DNA from: Vicugna vicugna
Lineage: Eukaryota
DNA length: 64,000 nucleotides
Assembly (NCBI GenBank): GCA_013265495.1
Contig: MU058198.1
Coordinates: 4,727,779-4,791,778, forward strand
Direction: 5' to 3'
Shown here: positions 1-11,968 of the stretch, in pieces
Layout: each line of letters opens with the position of its first letter
Position numbering within the stretch: the first letter of the stretch is position 1
The notes under the pieces: model-generated
The model's database searches: none
Told to the model about the DNA's origin: nothing
What the model saw: only the letters and a program-made list of their open reading frames with translations
Program-made: the position numbers and the translations under genes

Positions 1-116
1 TAAATTCTCCTCCTAATCAAGTTCGGTGTTTCTCCCTCTCAGATGCTCCAGCCCTGCTAATGAATGAGTCCCTGAAGTTAGCGGCTAAGACACAGCACGG
101 CTGCGCCCCGCTCTGC

Positions 117-131
117 CTTTGTTATGCAAAG
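117..131 (+). promoter_or_regulatory. SOX-OCT composite motif candidate
   Basis: CTTTGTTATGCAAAG matches the canonical CTTTGTTATGCAAAT at 14 of 15 positions, in non-repetitive sequence. Confidence 0.45.
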
Positions 132-1702
132 TCATGCCCTCGCTATCTCCCAAACACAAAATTGAGTTCCCGAGTATGGCGTGGATAGATGATGGAGTGT
201 ACAACAGCCTCGGGTAATTTGTTCACAGTAATTCAGGCCGGCGTACTCTGTCAAGTCCTTTACTGAATACATTTGGTTTCACTTGCTGAGGGAGAATGGT
301 GCTTGGAGGGAGGTTTCTGGGGTTGTTTACTGTGAATAAAGACCTGAGAGTTCCTGAGCTGTCAGTGCGAGGGACCTGCCGGAGCTTGTGCTCTAAGCCT
401 TGTCCTTGGGACCAGAGAAAGCTTCAGCTACAGGAGGACTCCCAGGAGCCAATTCCAAGGGAACCGAGACATCCCCCGACTGTCACCACCACCATGACTC
501 AAGAGAAATCAAATTGAACAAAGAATGGAGATCTTTTTTTTTTCTTCAGAATTTGTATTAAAACCAAGACCGGGCCGAAAGAATTAAAGGAAGAGGATCT
601 TGAATCATAGCACTTTTCACTGGGCCTGTTCTTGAAGCTGCTTTCCAAACTTGGGTATTAAAAATGGGGCAGATTCAGGGGCAAGACATCCTAGGACTTC
701 AGTCCTCGGGGCAGAGAAATGCACCTGGCTCTGTGGCCGAATCTCTTAGGGGCAGAAAGGTAATCCAGTGTTGTGAATGTCTAAAGGGTGGAAGGATGTT
801 GCTTGGAAAAGCTGGTACCACAGAAGATGAGAGAACCAGCAGTGAGAGTAAAGGTGGAAGGTAGAGTTCGAGGTCAATTGGGAGGAAGGGTTACATCACA
901 CCACTGATTCTTTTTTGGCCTATAACCTGAGGGTTAAATCAGAGCACATATCACCTGATCTGCAGGTGACATCAGAGCTGCCATCACAGTCCTCACCTGG
1001 ACTCCAGGCATCTCCTTGAACAGTCAGGAGCAACGCTGAGAATAACTGGGGCTCTTTAAACACTGGCCATCCACTCTGCACGATATTCATGTGTCTTTGG
1101 GAAAAGATCGATCAGGGTTAGACTTGGTTTTGGTGATGCAGAACACACTGAAGTTAGCTAAACCTGTACTGGCAAAAAACCCTTAAGTTTTAGGACTTTG
1201 ACATAAACATCAAAGGAGCCAGCCAGAGAGACAAGAAAAGAATGTTGATACAGGCGTGCTTGACTGTGGTCATTCACTTCCGGTGTGGACCGTTCCCAAT
1301 GGAGGAACGCTCGTCAGGCACCGAGGCCTTACATCAAAGGAGTCGCAAGTGCAGTGGGCACAGACGTGTCACATGCAGCAAAATAAAGGGCGACTCTCCT
1401 CTTGCTTTAAAGTGAAACACTGTATGCTTGTTCCTCTCCAAAGTGAAAAGAGATACTTACAATTTCAATTGCCTTGATAAGTTTCCAAATCACTGACTTA
1501 TGCTGAGATTTTACTGTATTGTCGCAAAATTTTATGATAATTTTTGTCTCAATGTCAGCTTTTTTCACTGAAGAAAAATTTAGCTGGATCAAGAAAACTC
1601 CTATTTGAAAATCTACTCTCTGCTCGTGAGTCGAGTCCTCTGAGTGCAATAAAGGTGGTTAATACAGTCGGGAAAGCCAAAAACAAACCAACCAACCTAA
1701 CA

Positions 1703-1705
<3 letters not shown>

Positions 1706-1738
<33 letters not shown>
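1706..1738. repeat. (CA)n microsatellite
   Basis: About 16 perfect AC units. Confidence 0.97.
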
Positions 1739-1741
<3 letters not shown>

Positions 1742-2014
1742 CCAAAAAGCCTTGAGAATGCAGGAAATAGCTTTCCTTGTTTTCTGAAACAATGAATCTC
1801 TCTCCCCAAGTCCGCAGTCCCCCAGCGACATCAGGAAACGTAACCAACTCCAATGCTTTCTGTAACGTGCCCTTTCTCAGGGTATGGGTGTGATGTTAGG
1901 CTGTAAGGAGGCATCGTGGGGTGGAAGTGCAGTTTTAGTTTCTGGCCTCCATAGAGTGTTGCTGAGATGCCCGTTACACCTGCCCACGTGGCCCTTTGTC
2001 TTCAGGGGCCGTCT

Positions 2015-2155
2015 GCGACTTTCATTTCAGCTTAAAGAACTTCCTTCCAGCCTTCCGTGTAAGGCAGGTCTAGTGCGGATGAATTCTCTCGGCCTCTGTT
2101 TGTCTGGGAAAGTCTTTCTCTCTCCATTTCTGGAAGTGGCTTTACTGGGCAGATT
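2015..2155 (-). mobile_element. Old L1 fragment (ORF1 region)
   Basis: 'taaggcaggtctagtg..gaattctctcggcctctgtttgtctgggaaagtcttt' resembles the antisense L1M ORF1-region consensus. Confidence 0.7.
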
Positions 2156-3029
2156 TACTTGTTATTTCATCCAGAATTCACCTTTTGCATGTGGGGAAAA
2201 GTAGATAGCTGATTTTTGTTTTGTTTTCTTTTCAAAGGGCTAGATCCTATTTGTTGAATTTCTTCTCCACCGTTTTGAAATGCTGCTTTTATAGTTTACT
2301 AAACCCCCTCACCTTCATAAGCTTTTTCTGGGCTCTCTCTTCTACCGAATTGATCTATGTGTTTGCTAGTTCCATACCAGAACCACATTGTGATAGGCTG
2401 TAGCTTTTAATTAGGTTTTCCTGGAGATTTGAGGTAATGGAACAGAGTTACTAACATACAACTGAGAAAATGACTTACATCTCTCACGCATGTTCAGAGC
2501 GCTGCTCGGGAACGCTGACTCAGCCCTTTTCCTGCCGCCTGTGGTGAGGAGAACCTTGTGCTCAGCCCTGGAAGGGCTTCAAGTATTTTCATAGCTCAAT
2601 AAATGGCCTAAACTTACTGAAGTTTAGAAAGAAAGACGATTTTCCTGGTCATCTTCAGTCTAGCCAGACTCTCAAATCCTCACGTCCTAACCTAGGGTTC
2701 AGCCCTTTCCAAGGTGACTGGTGACATGAGGAATTGTTCACTTCTGGGCTGACTCCACCTTAAGTGTGCAAGCATGGAGTCTTCCAGATGGTCCCTGTGT
2801 CTCCAGCATCAGTTACTTCAGAGTGTCTGAGTGTCTGGTTTTCTTTATCACGTGTGATGTCACAGCCCAGGTAGTTTTAGAATGTGCCAAGCCTATCTCA
2901 TTACTAGTCAATTTCTTATCAAGAGTTGAAAAAAAAATAAACATGGGATCCAGTGGCACCCAGGACCCTACTGCTGTCCGTTTATCTCTGGACTTTATGT
3001 TACAGCTCTTTGTTTTTGAATCTACCTCT

Positions 3030-3170
3030 AGCTCTGGACTGTGAGCTCCTTTAAGGCAGGGACAGCATCTTAAGTGCCTTTAAATGTCCTGGTCCTACTT
3101 TCCAGGGCTGAGCACAGAGTCTGGCACAGAGCAAGTACACTATCACAATAACATTTGTCTAAGTGAATTG
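3030..3170 (+). mobile_element. L2 3' end fragment
   Basis: 'ggactgtgagctcctttaaggcagggac...agcacagagtctggcacagag' is a typical L2 3' end. Confidence 0.7.
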
Positions 3171-4059
3171 ACAAATTAGCATCCCACACCTTCCCCAACA
3201 TCATCCTCATTACAGAAAGCTTTTTCAGCCCCTATCATTCATCCCACAATTTCCACTTGCTCTGTGGCCTCCCCACGATGCCATGGTAGAATGTCTTCAT
3301 CTCAATATTTGCTCAGTTGTCTGTGTGACCCTCATGCCTGTCTCCATTAGCGTCTTTTCCATTCAATCAGATCGCTGCACCCATGCAAGAGGCTCCTTGC
3401 AGCTTGGATCGGTGAGCAGTGGATCAGACAGCTGAACGGTTGATTTAATTGGCATGGAATAACGAAGCCATCTGTTCCGTGGAGTTGATCTTTTAAGTGT
3501 TACTCTCTTGTCTGCTCTGAAAAGTCTTGGCCACTTGGAAAGACCATGGATGTCAGATGGCAGGTCACAAAAAATGATTGCCTGAAGACAGACAGCAACA
3601 GTTTAAGGGCAACTGAAGAATTTTCTGGTGCTGTCTCTTATCCTGCTTCATCTTCCTTTATAGCCCTTGTTAGTACCTGCTATGTTACATATTCACTTGT
3701 TTATCTGTCTCTCTCCGTGAAGGCTAAGCACCGAGCGGGCAGGGACCGTTTCCTGTAAGCTCCCTGCTGATGCCAGGGCCTGGAATACACGACCTACCTC
3801 GGTTTGGGCACCAGTGGGGGCGCGCTTAGCTCCTTCTTGGGTTAATTCTGTGTGACTAGGTGTTACCAAGGTCCATCAGGAATGCCAGGTAGATGGAAAG
3901 AGGGTGCAGAGGCCAAAGCAGGAAGGAGTCTAAAGTCTAACTGGGCAAGTTCAACACCTGTAACAAGTTTGATTTTTGTGTAGGGTGGCGTGGATATCAA
4001 AGGACCCAGTCTAGAGGAACAGGGAGGGGTGGCACAGCAGTGCTGGGTTGTGGCAGCTC

Positions 4060-4340
4060 AGTGAGTGGACCTTGGGGGTGTTACTTAAACTCTCTGAACC
4101 TGGGTATGCTTATCTGTAAAATGGGCGCAGTATTTACTACCTTCAATGTATGATGATTAGATGAGATAAGTACATGAAATGAAAGTCAGTGCTTGTAACA
4201 CTTCCTTTGTGCCAGGTAATATTTTAAGGGTTTAGATACATTGACTGACAACAACCCTCTGGGTGAGGAACTGTTATTATCCTCAGCTTCTCCAGATGGG
4301 GAAACTGAGGCACAGAGGGGTGTCCAAGCTCTCCTAGCTA
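4060..4340. mobile_element. Two MIR fragments in opposite orientation
   Basis: 'ttacttaaactctctgaacct..atctgtaaaatggg' and 'cagatggggaaactgaggcacagag' MIR cores. Confidence 0.8.
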
Positions 4341-4362
4341 GAAAGTTTTCCTATAATTAGAG

Positions 4363-4454
4363 CTATATCTATCTATGTATCTATTTATCTATCTATCTAT
4401 CTACCTACCTGTCTGTCTATCTATCATCTATCTAGCTGTCTGTCTATCTATCTA
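4363..4454. repeat. Imperfect (TCTA)n microsatellite
   Basis: tatctatctatgtatctatttatctatctatc... Confidence 0.9.
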
Positions 4455-4640
4455 GCACACTGAGGACCCAATTCAACCATTCCAGTTGACAAATATACAG
4501 AGGAAGCACAATGAGGAGCTGATGAACGCAATTCAACCATCCTAGTAGACAGATCCACACAGAGAGAGCACACTAATGTCCAGGATCTGTTTCAACCACT
4601 GTAACACATGAATACGCAGAGACAGCACACTGACACGCAT
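4454..4640. repeat. Degenerate ~51-62 bp tandem repeat (3+ units)
   Basis: AGCACA recurs at 4454, 4505, 4567 and 4624; TTCAACCA recurs at 4472, 4532 and 4591. Confidence 0.65.
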
Positions 4641-5029
4641 TAGCTCTGGAGCCTCCGATCCCTGCTCTACACAGTAGCCCAGGGGATCCTATAAAAACAC
4701 AAAGATGACTCGGCTATGGTTTAGCCAAGAGCTCAGGTGACGCCTGCAGTGTCATTCAATCTTGGCTTAGTATCTCTTGGGCGAGAGGATCAGCTAGGAC
4801 CTGGGCCCCATAAACATTTAGGGATCAGGTACTAAGAAATCTGAATTTAGTTGCCAGCGAAGGGCACTGCTGGGAAAAGACAGCTTCCATTACCTGGAAA
4901 TCTTGAAAACTCCTGATCATGTGAGAATTTGGATTCAGGCAAAACTCCCCTTATCAGGGGTGGCTGGGGAACCATTGTCTGACAACCTGAAGAATTTGCC
5001 CAGCCTCACTCCTCAGGAAATCCTGTTTT

Positions 5030-5560
5030 GTTAAAGCCTTGAAAATGGCATCCCGGCCCTCTTGAATGGAACTCCAAGTCCTTTGTATTGCACACCAGGC
5101 TGGGCAGGGAATGACTCCTCCTCCTGTCCACTATGTTCCAGCCTTTTCCATCTCTTGAAAACATCATACTCCTCCCTGCCCCTGGTCCTTTGCACATTCT
5201 GTTCCCTTTGCCAGAGTCTCATCACAGCTCTGGCTTAATTAACTCCCATTCTCCCCTAAGATAGCAACTTAAATGTCACTTCTTATGGGAAACTTTCCCA
5301 CACCTCTAAAAGAAGAGTTTTTTTTTTCAGAAAAGTTTCCTTGTTAGTTCCCAAGGTTTTTCTTCTCCATCCTTAAATATATTTATTTGTACTGTTCCTC
5401 TGTTTATGATCTGCCTCCACTATTCGCACGTAATCTCCATGAGAGTGGAAGCCATCTTAGAATATTATAAGTACAGTTTCTTTGCTATTGTTTAACACAG
5501 TGCCTAGAAAACAAAAGGCACTCAACAAATACTGGCAAAAGGTATGAGTGAATGTTTCGA
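5030..5560 (+). mobile_element. L2 3' region
   Basis: 'ggtcctttgcacattctgttccct', 'aaatgtcacttctt', 'cacagtgcctag..ggcactcaacaaatac' L2 motifs. Confidence 0.75.
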
Positions 5561-6609
5561 ACATGCTTATTCAAGTTAAAGCTACTCATCGATGAAACTG
5601 GGGAAACTCAATCCAATTTGACCCATTGCCTGGCCCACAGTAGGGTCTCAATAAATATTTGCTGACCAGCAGACAAATGCAGAAGGAGGCTCGTTGTCCT
5701 CAGCATCTCCTTTCCAGCCCATCGGCTCAGCCACAGGCATCCCATAAACGTCTGCATCCACCTGCATTCTACGGCCCTCTGGGATGCTTTCCAAATTCTG
5801 CCTCCAGAACCCACTTGCTTTGTTTTGCCTCCTCTGTTGCTGATTACTGGCTTTAGTTCCCATTCCGTCTCTTCATATGCTTGGTGGACCCAGCGATTCT
5901 GTTGCTCTGCTCCATTCTCTGCCACTGGAAACAGGCCCATCCTCCTCTGGGATTCCTTCTGGGGTACCAGTTCTTTTCTCTGGGTTCTGAAGCTCTGGAC
6001 TAGTCCCATTTTCTCCCATGCTCAACTGGTCTTTAGAGACACTCCAGACCTGAGCTTTCGAACATCACTCGGGAGAGGAAGTCATGTGGTCATTATCCAC
6101 TGTGATTAATATTGCTATTTCAGACACTTAACTCTTCATGAATTAACTTACAAAACCAGAAAACAGAGTGGCCTGCATTATCACTATACAATCAGGCACA
6201 GCACCAAAGCCAGGCTTCTCTCCCTGACCAGATGGGCCACTTGTGAATCAGTTACTTTGGCCATTGGCCACTCCAGGCGTTGACTGGTTCGTCATCCTCC
6301 AAGTGGCCAAGTGTGATGCAGCATCATTTCTCAGCAGGGTCTTGACTGTGGGAAGAACTGTGATGTACCGGGGAGAGCAGTGGTGTTGGCTTCCTGGGTC
6401 CTGGTGTAGAGTCAGGGCTGCTACCCTGTGTATCCTCTGTGCCTTTCCTCCCAGACACAGGGGCTGCTGGGCAGGAACAATGGACGTCATGTATCTGCAG
6501 CTCCCCCTCCCAGGCTTTAGCTGAAATCACCTCTTCTGTTCAAAAACCATATTCCTATATCTCCAATTTGGACAAAAGACACAGAAGAATCTGATGTGAC
6601 CTTCTAGGG

Positions 6610-7185
6610 CAGTGATCTTCAACCTTGGCCTTGTATCAGAACCGATTGAGTTCTAATACAACGAATATAACTAATATAACAGAGTTCTAAAAATCCTGGC
6701 CACCAGCTCCGCTCTAAATCAATTTAATGAGTCTGCACGCATCAGACTTTTCAAATTGTGAGGATTTCACTACACACTGGAGCAGAGAACCACGGATCTA
6801 GGCAGTGCTCCTCAAACTTGAATATGCATAAGAATCAGCTGTAGGATGTGTTTTTGTCAAAACACAGATTCCCCAGCCCCAGCCCCAGAAATCTGGATTG
6901 AGTGTGTCTAGTGTTGGGCTGAGAATACGCATTTCTAACATGCATTTCTAACGAGCTCCCCTGTGATGTTGCTGGTGTCTTTCCACAAACCATACGTTGA
7001 GTAGCTCTGTTCTAGAGCTCTGCTCTTCGGCGTGCACTCCGTGGAGCGGCAGCCGAAGCGCCATCCAGGAGCTTGTTAGCCATTAAAAATCTCCAGCCCA
7101 TCCTGGCTCTGCTATATCAGAATCCATGTTTCGAAAAGGGCTCTAGGACATTTGCACGTGCATAGGATTGAAAAGCGTCAGTACG
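6610..7185. mobile_element. Three adjacent MER5-like hAT-Charlie elements
   Basis: Units at about 6610-6795, 6803-7009 and 7018-7185. The first two begin CAGTG with MER5-like TIRs. Each is preceded by a TCTAG-containing target (ttctaggg, atctagg, ttctagag). Confidence 0.75.
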
Positions 7186-7204
7186 TAGAATGTGCACACG
7201 TGCA

Positions 7205-7470
7205 GCACCTGGGCCAACTTTTGCTGGCAGATGTTTATTTCCCAGCTTGCACAGTATTTTTTTTTTTTAGTTTAGAATTGATTGACAACACTCAACAGTT
7301 GGAATTTTTTACTTCTCTTGAAAAATTGAAAGATCTAGCAACCCTGGGGCTCCATTCTCATGTGATGACAACTGGAGACAGACAATACATGCTCCAAGCT
7401 GCTAGGGAACCACTTCATTCGCTAATGACATCTGCACAGTCTCTGCAGGCATTTCCACTTGCAGCCCCTG
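7205..7470 (-). mobile_element. MER102-like hAT element (duplicated at ~7938-8203)
   Basis: 'cagatgttt..cttctcttgaaaaattgaaagatctagcaaccctggggc..caggcatttccacttgcagcccctg' resembles MER102. Confidence 0.65.
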
Positions 7471-7509
7471 GTTCATGCTCTCACCTCTCTACTTCTTCCC
7501 CAGTTGAGA

Positions 7510-7650
7510 ATGACCGCTCCCAAGCATTTCATCTTGAGCCAGCTCATTTTATCTCTTTGTACCTCCGTCTATTCATCTGTAAAATGGATCCGTAGCACCT
7601 ATTCAGGGTTCTGATCAAGATTAAATAGAGGTGGAGATCATGCTTTAAGC
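7510..7650 (+). mobile_element. MIR (duplicated at ~8243-8383)
   Basis: 'ctttgtacctccgtctattcatctgtaaaatggat..gatcaagattaaat' MIR core. Confidence 0.75.
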
Positions 7651-9790
7651 TCTGCACGTCTGTTTTATACACAGGTTGTTCCTCTACCCAGAGTTTCTCA
7701 AAGTATGGTCCTTGGACCAGCAGTGCTAGCACCACCTGGGACAATCTTTCAGGCCCCGCCTGAGATGTCAGTGTTCAGTGAACTGCCAGGTGTTTCAGGG
7801 GAGGCTGGAAGTTTGTGTGGATTCCACCAGGATCAAAGACCCATCATGAGCTCTGAATGTTTCGAAAAGGGCTCTAGGACATTTGCACGTGCACAGGATT
7901 GAAAAAAACGTCAGTACGTAGAATGTGCACACGTGCAGCACCTGGGCCAACTTTTGCTGGCAGATGTTTATTTCCCAGCTTGCACAGTATTTTTTTTTTT
8001 TAGTTTAGAGTTGATTGACAACACTCAACAGTTGGAATTTTTTACTTCTCTTGAAAAATTGAAAGATCTAGCAACCCTGGGGCTCCATTCTCATGTGATG
8101 ACAACTGGAGACAGACAATACATGCTCCAAGCTGCTAGGGAACCACTTCATTCGCTAATGACATCTGCACAGTCTCTGCAGGCATTTCCACTTGCAGCCC
8201 CTGGTTCATGCTCTCACCTCTCTACTTCTTCCCCAGTTGAGAATGACCGCTCCCAAGCATTTCATCTTGAGCCAGCTCATTTTATCTCTTTGTACCTCCG
8301 TCTATTCATCTGTAAAATGGATCCGTAGCACCTATTCAGGGTTCTGATCAAGATTAAATAGAGGTGGAGATCATGCTTTAAGCTCTGCACGTCTGTTTTA
8401 TACACAGGTTGTTCCTCTACCCAGAGTTTCTCAAAGTATGGTCCTTGGACCAGCAGTGCTAGCACCACCTGGGACAATCTTTCAGGCCCCGCCTGAGATG
8501 TCAGTGTTCAGTGAACTGCCAGGTGTTTCAGGGGAGGCTGGAAGTTTGTGTGGATTCCATCAGGATCAAAGACCCATCATGAGCTCTGTATTTTATGAAG
8601 TTGAAGAAAGTTCAGTCAAGATTCATGGGTGGCATGGAAGAATATTTCATGAATTAAACTTTGAGAGACATAGAATATATTTTATTAAGGACAGTTATAA
8701 CATTCTCTTAAAGTTGATAAATAGCTGATATTTAATAAACATTAATTGGCAAAAAAAAAAAAGGCTCATGGTAGGATGGTAAAGTTTTGCAGGTGAGAGA
8801 GACCAGGGGAAAAGTTTAGTATGTGAAGAATGGACCTTTCATAGCACCTTTCCTCTGGAATCCTCGACACCTCCTATCTGTGGGCTTACCTAGGCTCCCA
8901 TCCTGAGCCAATATCTCTGGCTAAGCTACCCTGAATCTGGGCATTTGTAGGTTCATAAAACAGGCTGCTCCTACTTTCAGCACATTGGCTAATCCAGGTG
9001 AAGTGTCTTTTGCCCGTTTCCCACCAGGCACTTGAGAGCTGGATGGGTAGCTCCCCAGCCAAAGCTCTTCCATCCGCCTGCACTGATTTTGGATCCTGCT
9101 TGCTGCCCGGGCTCCCCTGACTTCACTGTATTCACTGAACTGGGCTCTTTAGATCATGCTGTCTCCTCATCCTAGCCTGAAACTGCTACCCTGTTTTAGC
9201 CGTTGTGTATTTGGGCCAGCTCTATAGTGAGGTCAGTTCCCTTGCCCCCTAGTCTCTCTCCTGTCTACACTGGCTGAATTCCTGGAATCCGAGGTTGCTT
9301 ATGACTAAAACCTACCTGAGTAAATAGCAGACACCTGGAATCACATGACTTTCAGGGGTGGAAACTGTGAGGTGACCGTCTGCCATTCTTAAGGCAAGCA
9401 AAGTGGCCACACAGGAAGTTCACACCAAAAAATGTCTTTGTCTGAATTGAGAATAGAACATGCATTGAAAAAGCAGTGAAAGGGGAAGGCTAGGAGATAA
9501 AATATTCTCGAGGTGATGATAGATATGTACTGGGCTGGGTGGCAGTAGAATTCCTTGGGAGCTCTTGCTCTGACAGTTTTTAAAGTGTGAGTCAGCAAGG
9601 ATGACTCAGCCATTTGGGATTCTTTAGGTTTAATACTGATGAAAGCAGACTTGGGTGATTCAATTTTTCAGAATTACTTCCAAACAGAGCAATCCGTCAA
9701 TAATGCATAGAATGATATTATTATTATTATAATAACAACATCAGGTTTTGAGTGACAGACATCATTCGAGGTGCCTTATTTACATTATCT

Positions 9791-10010
9791 CAAGGGTCAG
9801 CAAAAGTCTTCTATAAAGGGCTAGACAGTAAGTATTTTAGGTTTTGTGAGCTATGTGGTCTCTGTCACAACTCAAGTTTGCCCTTGTAGCACAAAAGCAC
9901 CCATAGGCAATAAATGAACAAATGTGTGTGCTGTGTATCAGTAAAACTTTATTTACAAAAACATGTGGTGGGCCAGATTTGCAACATGAGCTACAGTTTG
10001 CTAACTCCTG
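9791..10010 (+). mobile_element. MER58A-like hAT MITE with intact 8-bp TSD, nested in a MIR
   Basis: TIRs CAAGGGTCAGCAAA / TTTGCTAACTCCTG. Perfect TSD CATTATCT at 9783-9790 and 10011-10018. MIR sequence continues on both sides. Confidence 0.9.
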
Positions 10011-10469
10011 CATTATCTCACTGACCTACCTGCACGATACTGAGAAGTAGGTATTTCACTGTTCTCCATTTTACAGATAAAGAAACTGAATCTCGAGGAG
10101 ATGAAGTAACTTGTATGTGATCCCAAGGCAGTAAGTGATAGATTCAGGATTGCCAGAATTCAGGATTTCCTGCATCATACCTGGGTGAGCTCTGGCATTC
10201 CCAGAGGAGTCATCATTCTGGCTCCCCACATCCCAGATTCAGTTCTTCAATTATTTAACAATTATTGGGTAGCCTCAATATACCAATCATGGTGCATCAT
10301 CTTATTTAACTATCAGGACAGTTGCATGAAGGAGTACTGTTTTCCCCCTTTAGCGCCTGAGGTTCCCAGAGGATAAGGTAGCGTTCTCAAGGTCCACCCC
10401 GAGTGAGAATCTGAGCTTGGAGTCAGACTTTGACTGTCAGTCTCTCTGAGTCTAAGGTCAGTGATCTCT

Positions 10470-11230
10470 CCAGACCTATTGCCTCAGATTTTAAAAGTCA
10501 TTCACAATTTTTGAATTATCAAAGTGGTACATGTCTATTGTACAGGAATTGGAACAATCATGAAGATAATGACAAAGACTCATTCTTGATCCACCATCCC
10601 AAAATAATCTCTGCTACCAATCTGATGCTGTTTCCCCATCTTGATCCATGCTCATTCTCCTTCACAATTTCATACTAAATAAAATATTTTATATATTTGT
10701 TACTAATCACGTAAAATTGGGAGCACTTTCTTGAATTGTGAAATTTTAATAAAATCATGTTAATGTTTGCATATTTCTTTATCATAGGATGTAACATAAT
10801 TTTTAAAGATTTAGATACTTTCTGTTTTTTCTATCATAAATGTCTTGATTACATTCCTGTACATAAATCACTCTCTGAATTTCCAGTTATTTCCCCAGGA
10901 TAAATTTCTAGAAGGAGAATTACTGCTCCAAAGGGTATTAATTATTTTCAAGGTTCTTTATACATAATTCTAGATTGGAGTTTTTAGAAATTTATACTAA
11001 TTTTCATTCTCCTGAGTAGGTCAGATATACCTAACACCAAATAGACAACTTAATTTTCAACAATTTGATAACTTATTGGATTAAAGTGTTGTAGTTTTAC
11101 TTTGATTTTATCAAGTAGTGGCACTTTGAGGCTTTCTTATTGATCTGTCACAGTTCTTTATATATTAAGGACACTACTAGTTCTTTTTCTGGCAAATATT
11201 ACTCCCAGATTTTTATTTACCCTTTAAAAG
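10470..11230 (-). mobile_element. Degraded L1ME-like fragments
   Basis: 'ggataaatttctagaaggagaattactgctccaaagggtat' and 'ttctttatatattaaggacact' antisense L1 ORF2 3' motifs; AT-rich. Confidence 0.7.
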
Positions 11231-11930
11231 GAAAATAAACTCATCCCTATTTACTTGCCATCTTATTCATAGCAAAAGACAGTCAGATCATTAACATTCA
11301 ACCCATTTAGCAGCAAGACTAGTAGCAACAACGAATGCTTCCTCTGTGTATAGAATTTGCCAGGTGGCTGGAAACCACAAGCAGAGAGGCTTAGCCATGA
11401 CTTCCAGATCTCTGGGACAGACTGCAAACATACTGGGCTGTGCTTTCACTCATGTAACTGCAGGGTAGAAATCTGCCCAAACAGGAGGCAGCCAGGGGAT
11501 GTAGAGAGGAGCTTTTGAGGTTGATTGTAAGCATGGAGTGAAGGGCTGCCTTTGTTCTATATGCAGCCACAAGGCACTCAATATTTCACCATTCTTTCAA
11601 ATAAGTACAAGGATATGGAAAACAATATAATGAAAACTTTATTTAGAAGACTATGAAGTTGAAGACTGGCAAGAACTTCATTCTCATACTCCCTGGTAAA
11701 TTTAAAGAAAAGGAAAAAAAATGCTTTGAGGCCTGGCATCTTCTTCCCTCAGTCCTCAAGCATATTTCATTTTGAGAAAGGAAAAAATATCTTTCATGGC
11801 AGGTAAATACTTTCTTTGGAAACAATAACATTTCTCTCTACATATTGAAATGGACTATGGTAATGTTTCTCAATCTTGGTACTATTGACATTTGGGCCAG
11901 ATGATTATTTGTTGTTAGGGACTAAAGAAG

Positions 11931-11968
11931 AAATGAATGAATGAATGAGTGAATGAATGAATGAATGA
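11931..11968. repeat. (GAAT)n microsatellite
   Basis: aatgaatgaatgaatgagtgaatgaatgaatgaatga. Confidence 0.9.

Larger units (their letters stand above)
7126..8588 (+). repeat. Near-perfect direct tandem duplication (~730 bp x2)
   Basis: Copy 1 at 7126-7855, one extra A at 7856, copy 2 at 7857-8588. About four differences are visible. Confidence 0.97.

Noticed and set aside
3806..3826. CTCF-like ggcaccagtgggggcgcgc
   Set aside because: Spacing is one base short of the core and it sits at the end of an L2 fragment.
6929..6952. Small gcatttctaac duplication
   Set aside because: Ordinary slippage duplication within a MER5A element.
7152..8328. Twin ORFs of 147 and 131 aa that look like duplicated genes
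   Set aside because: They translate MER5, MER102 and MIR fragments copied by the tandem duplication.
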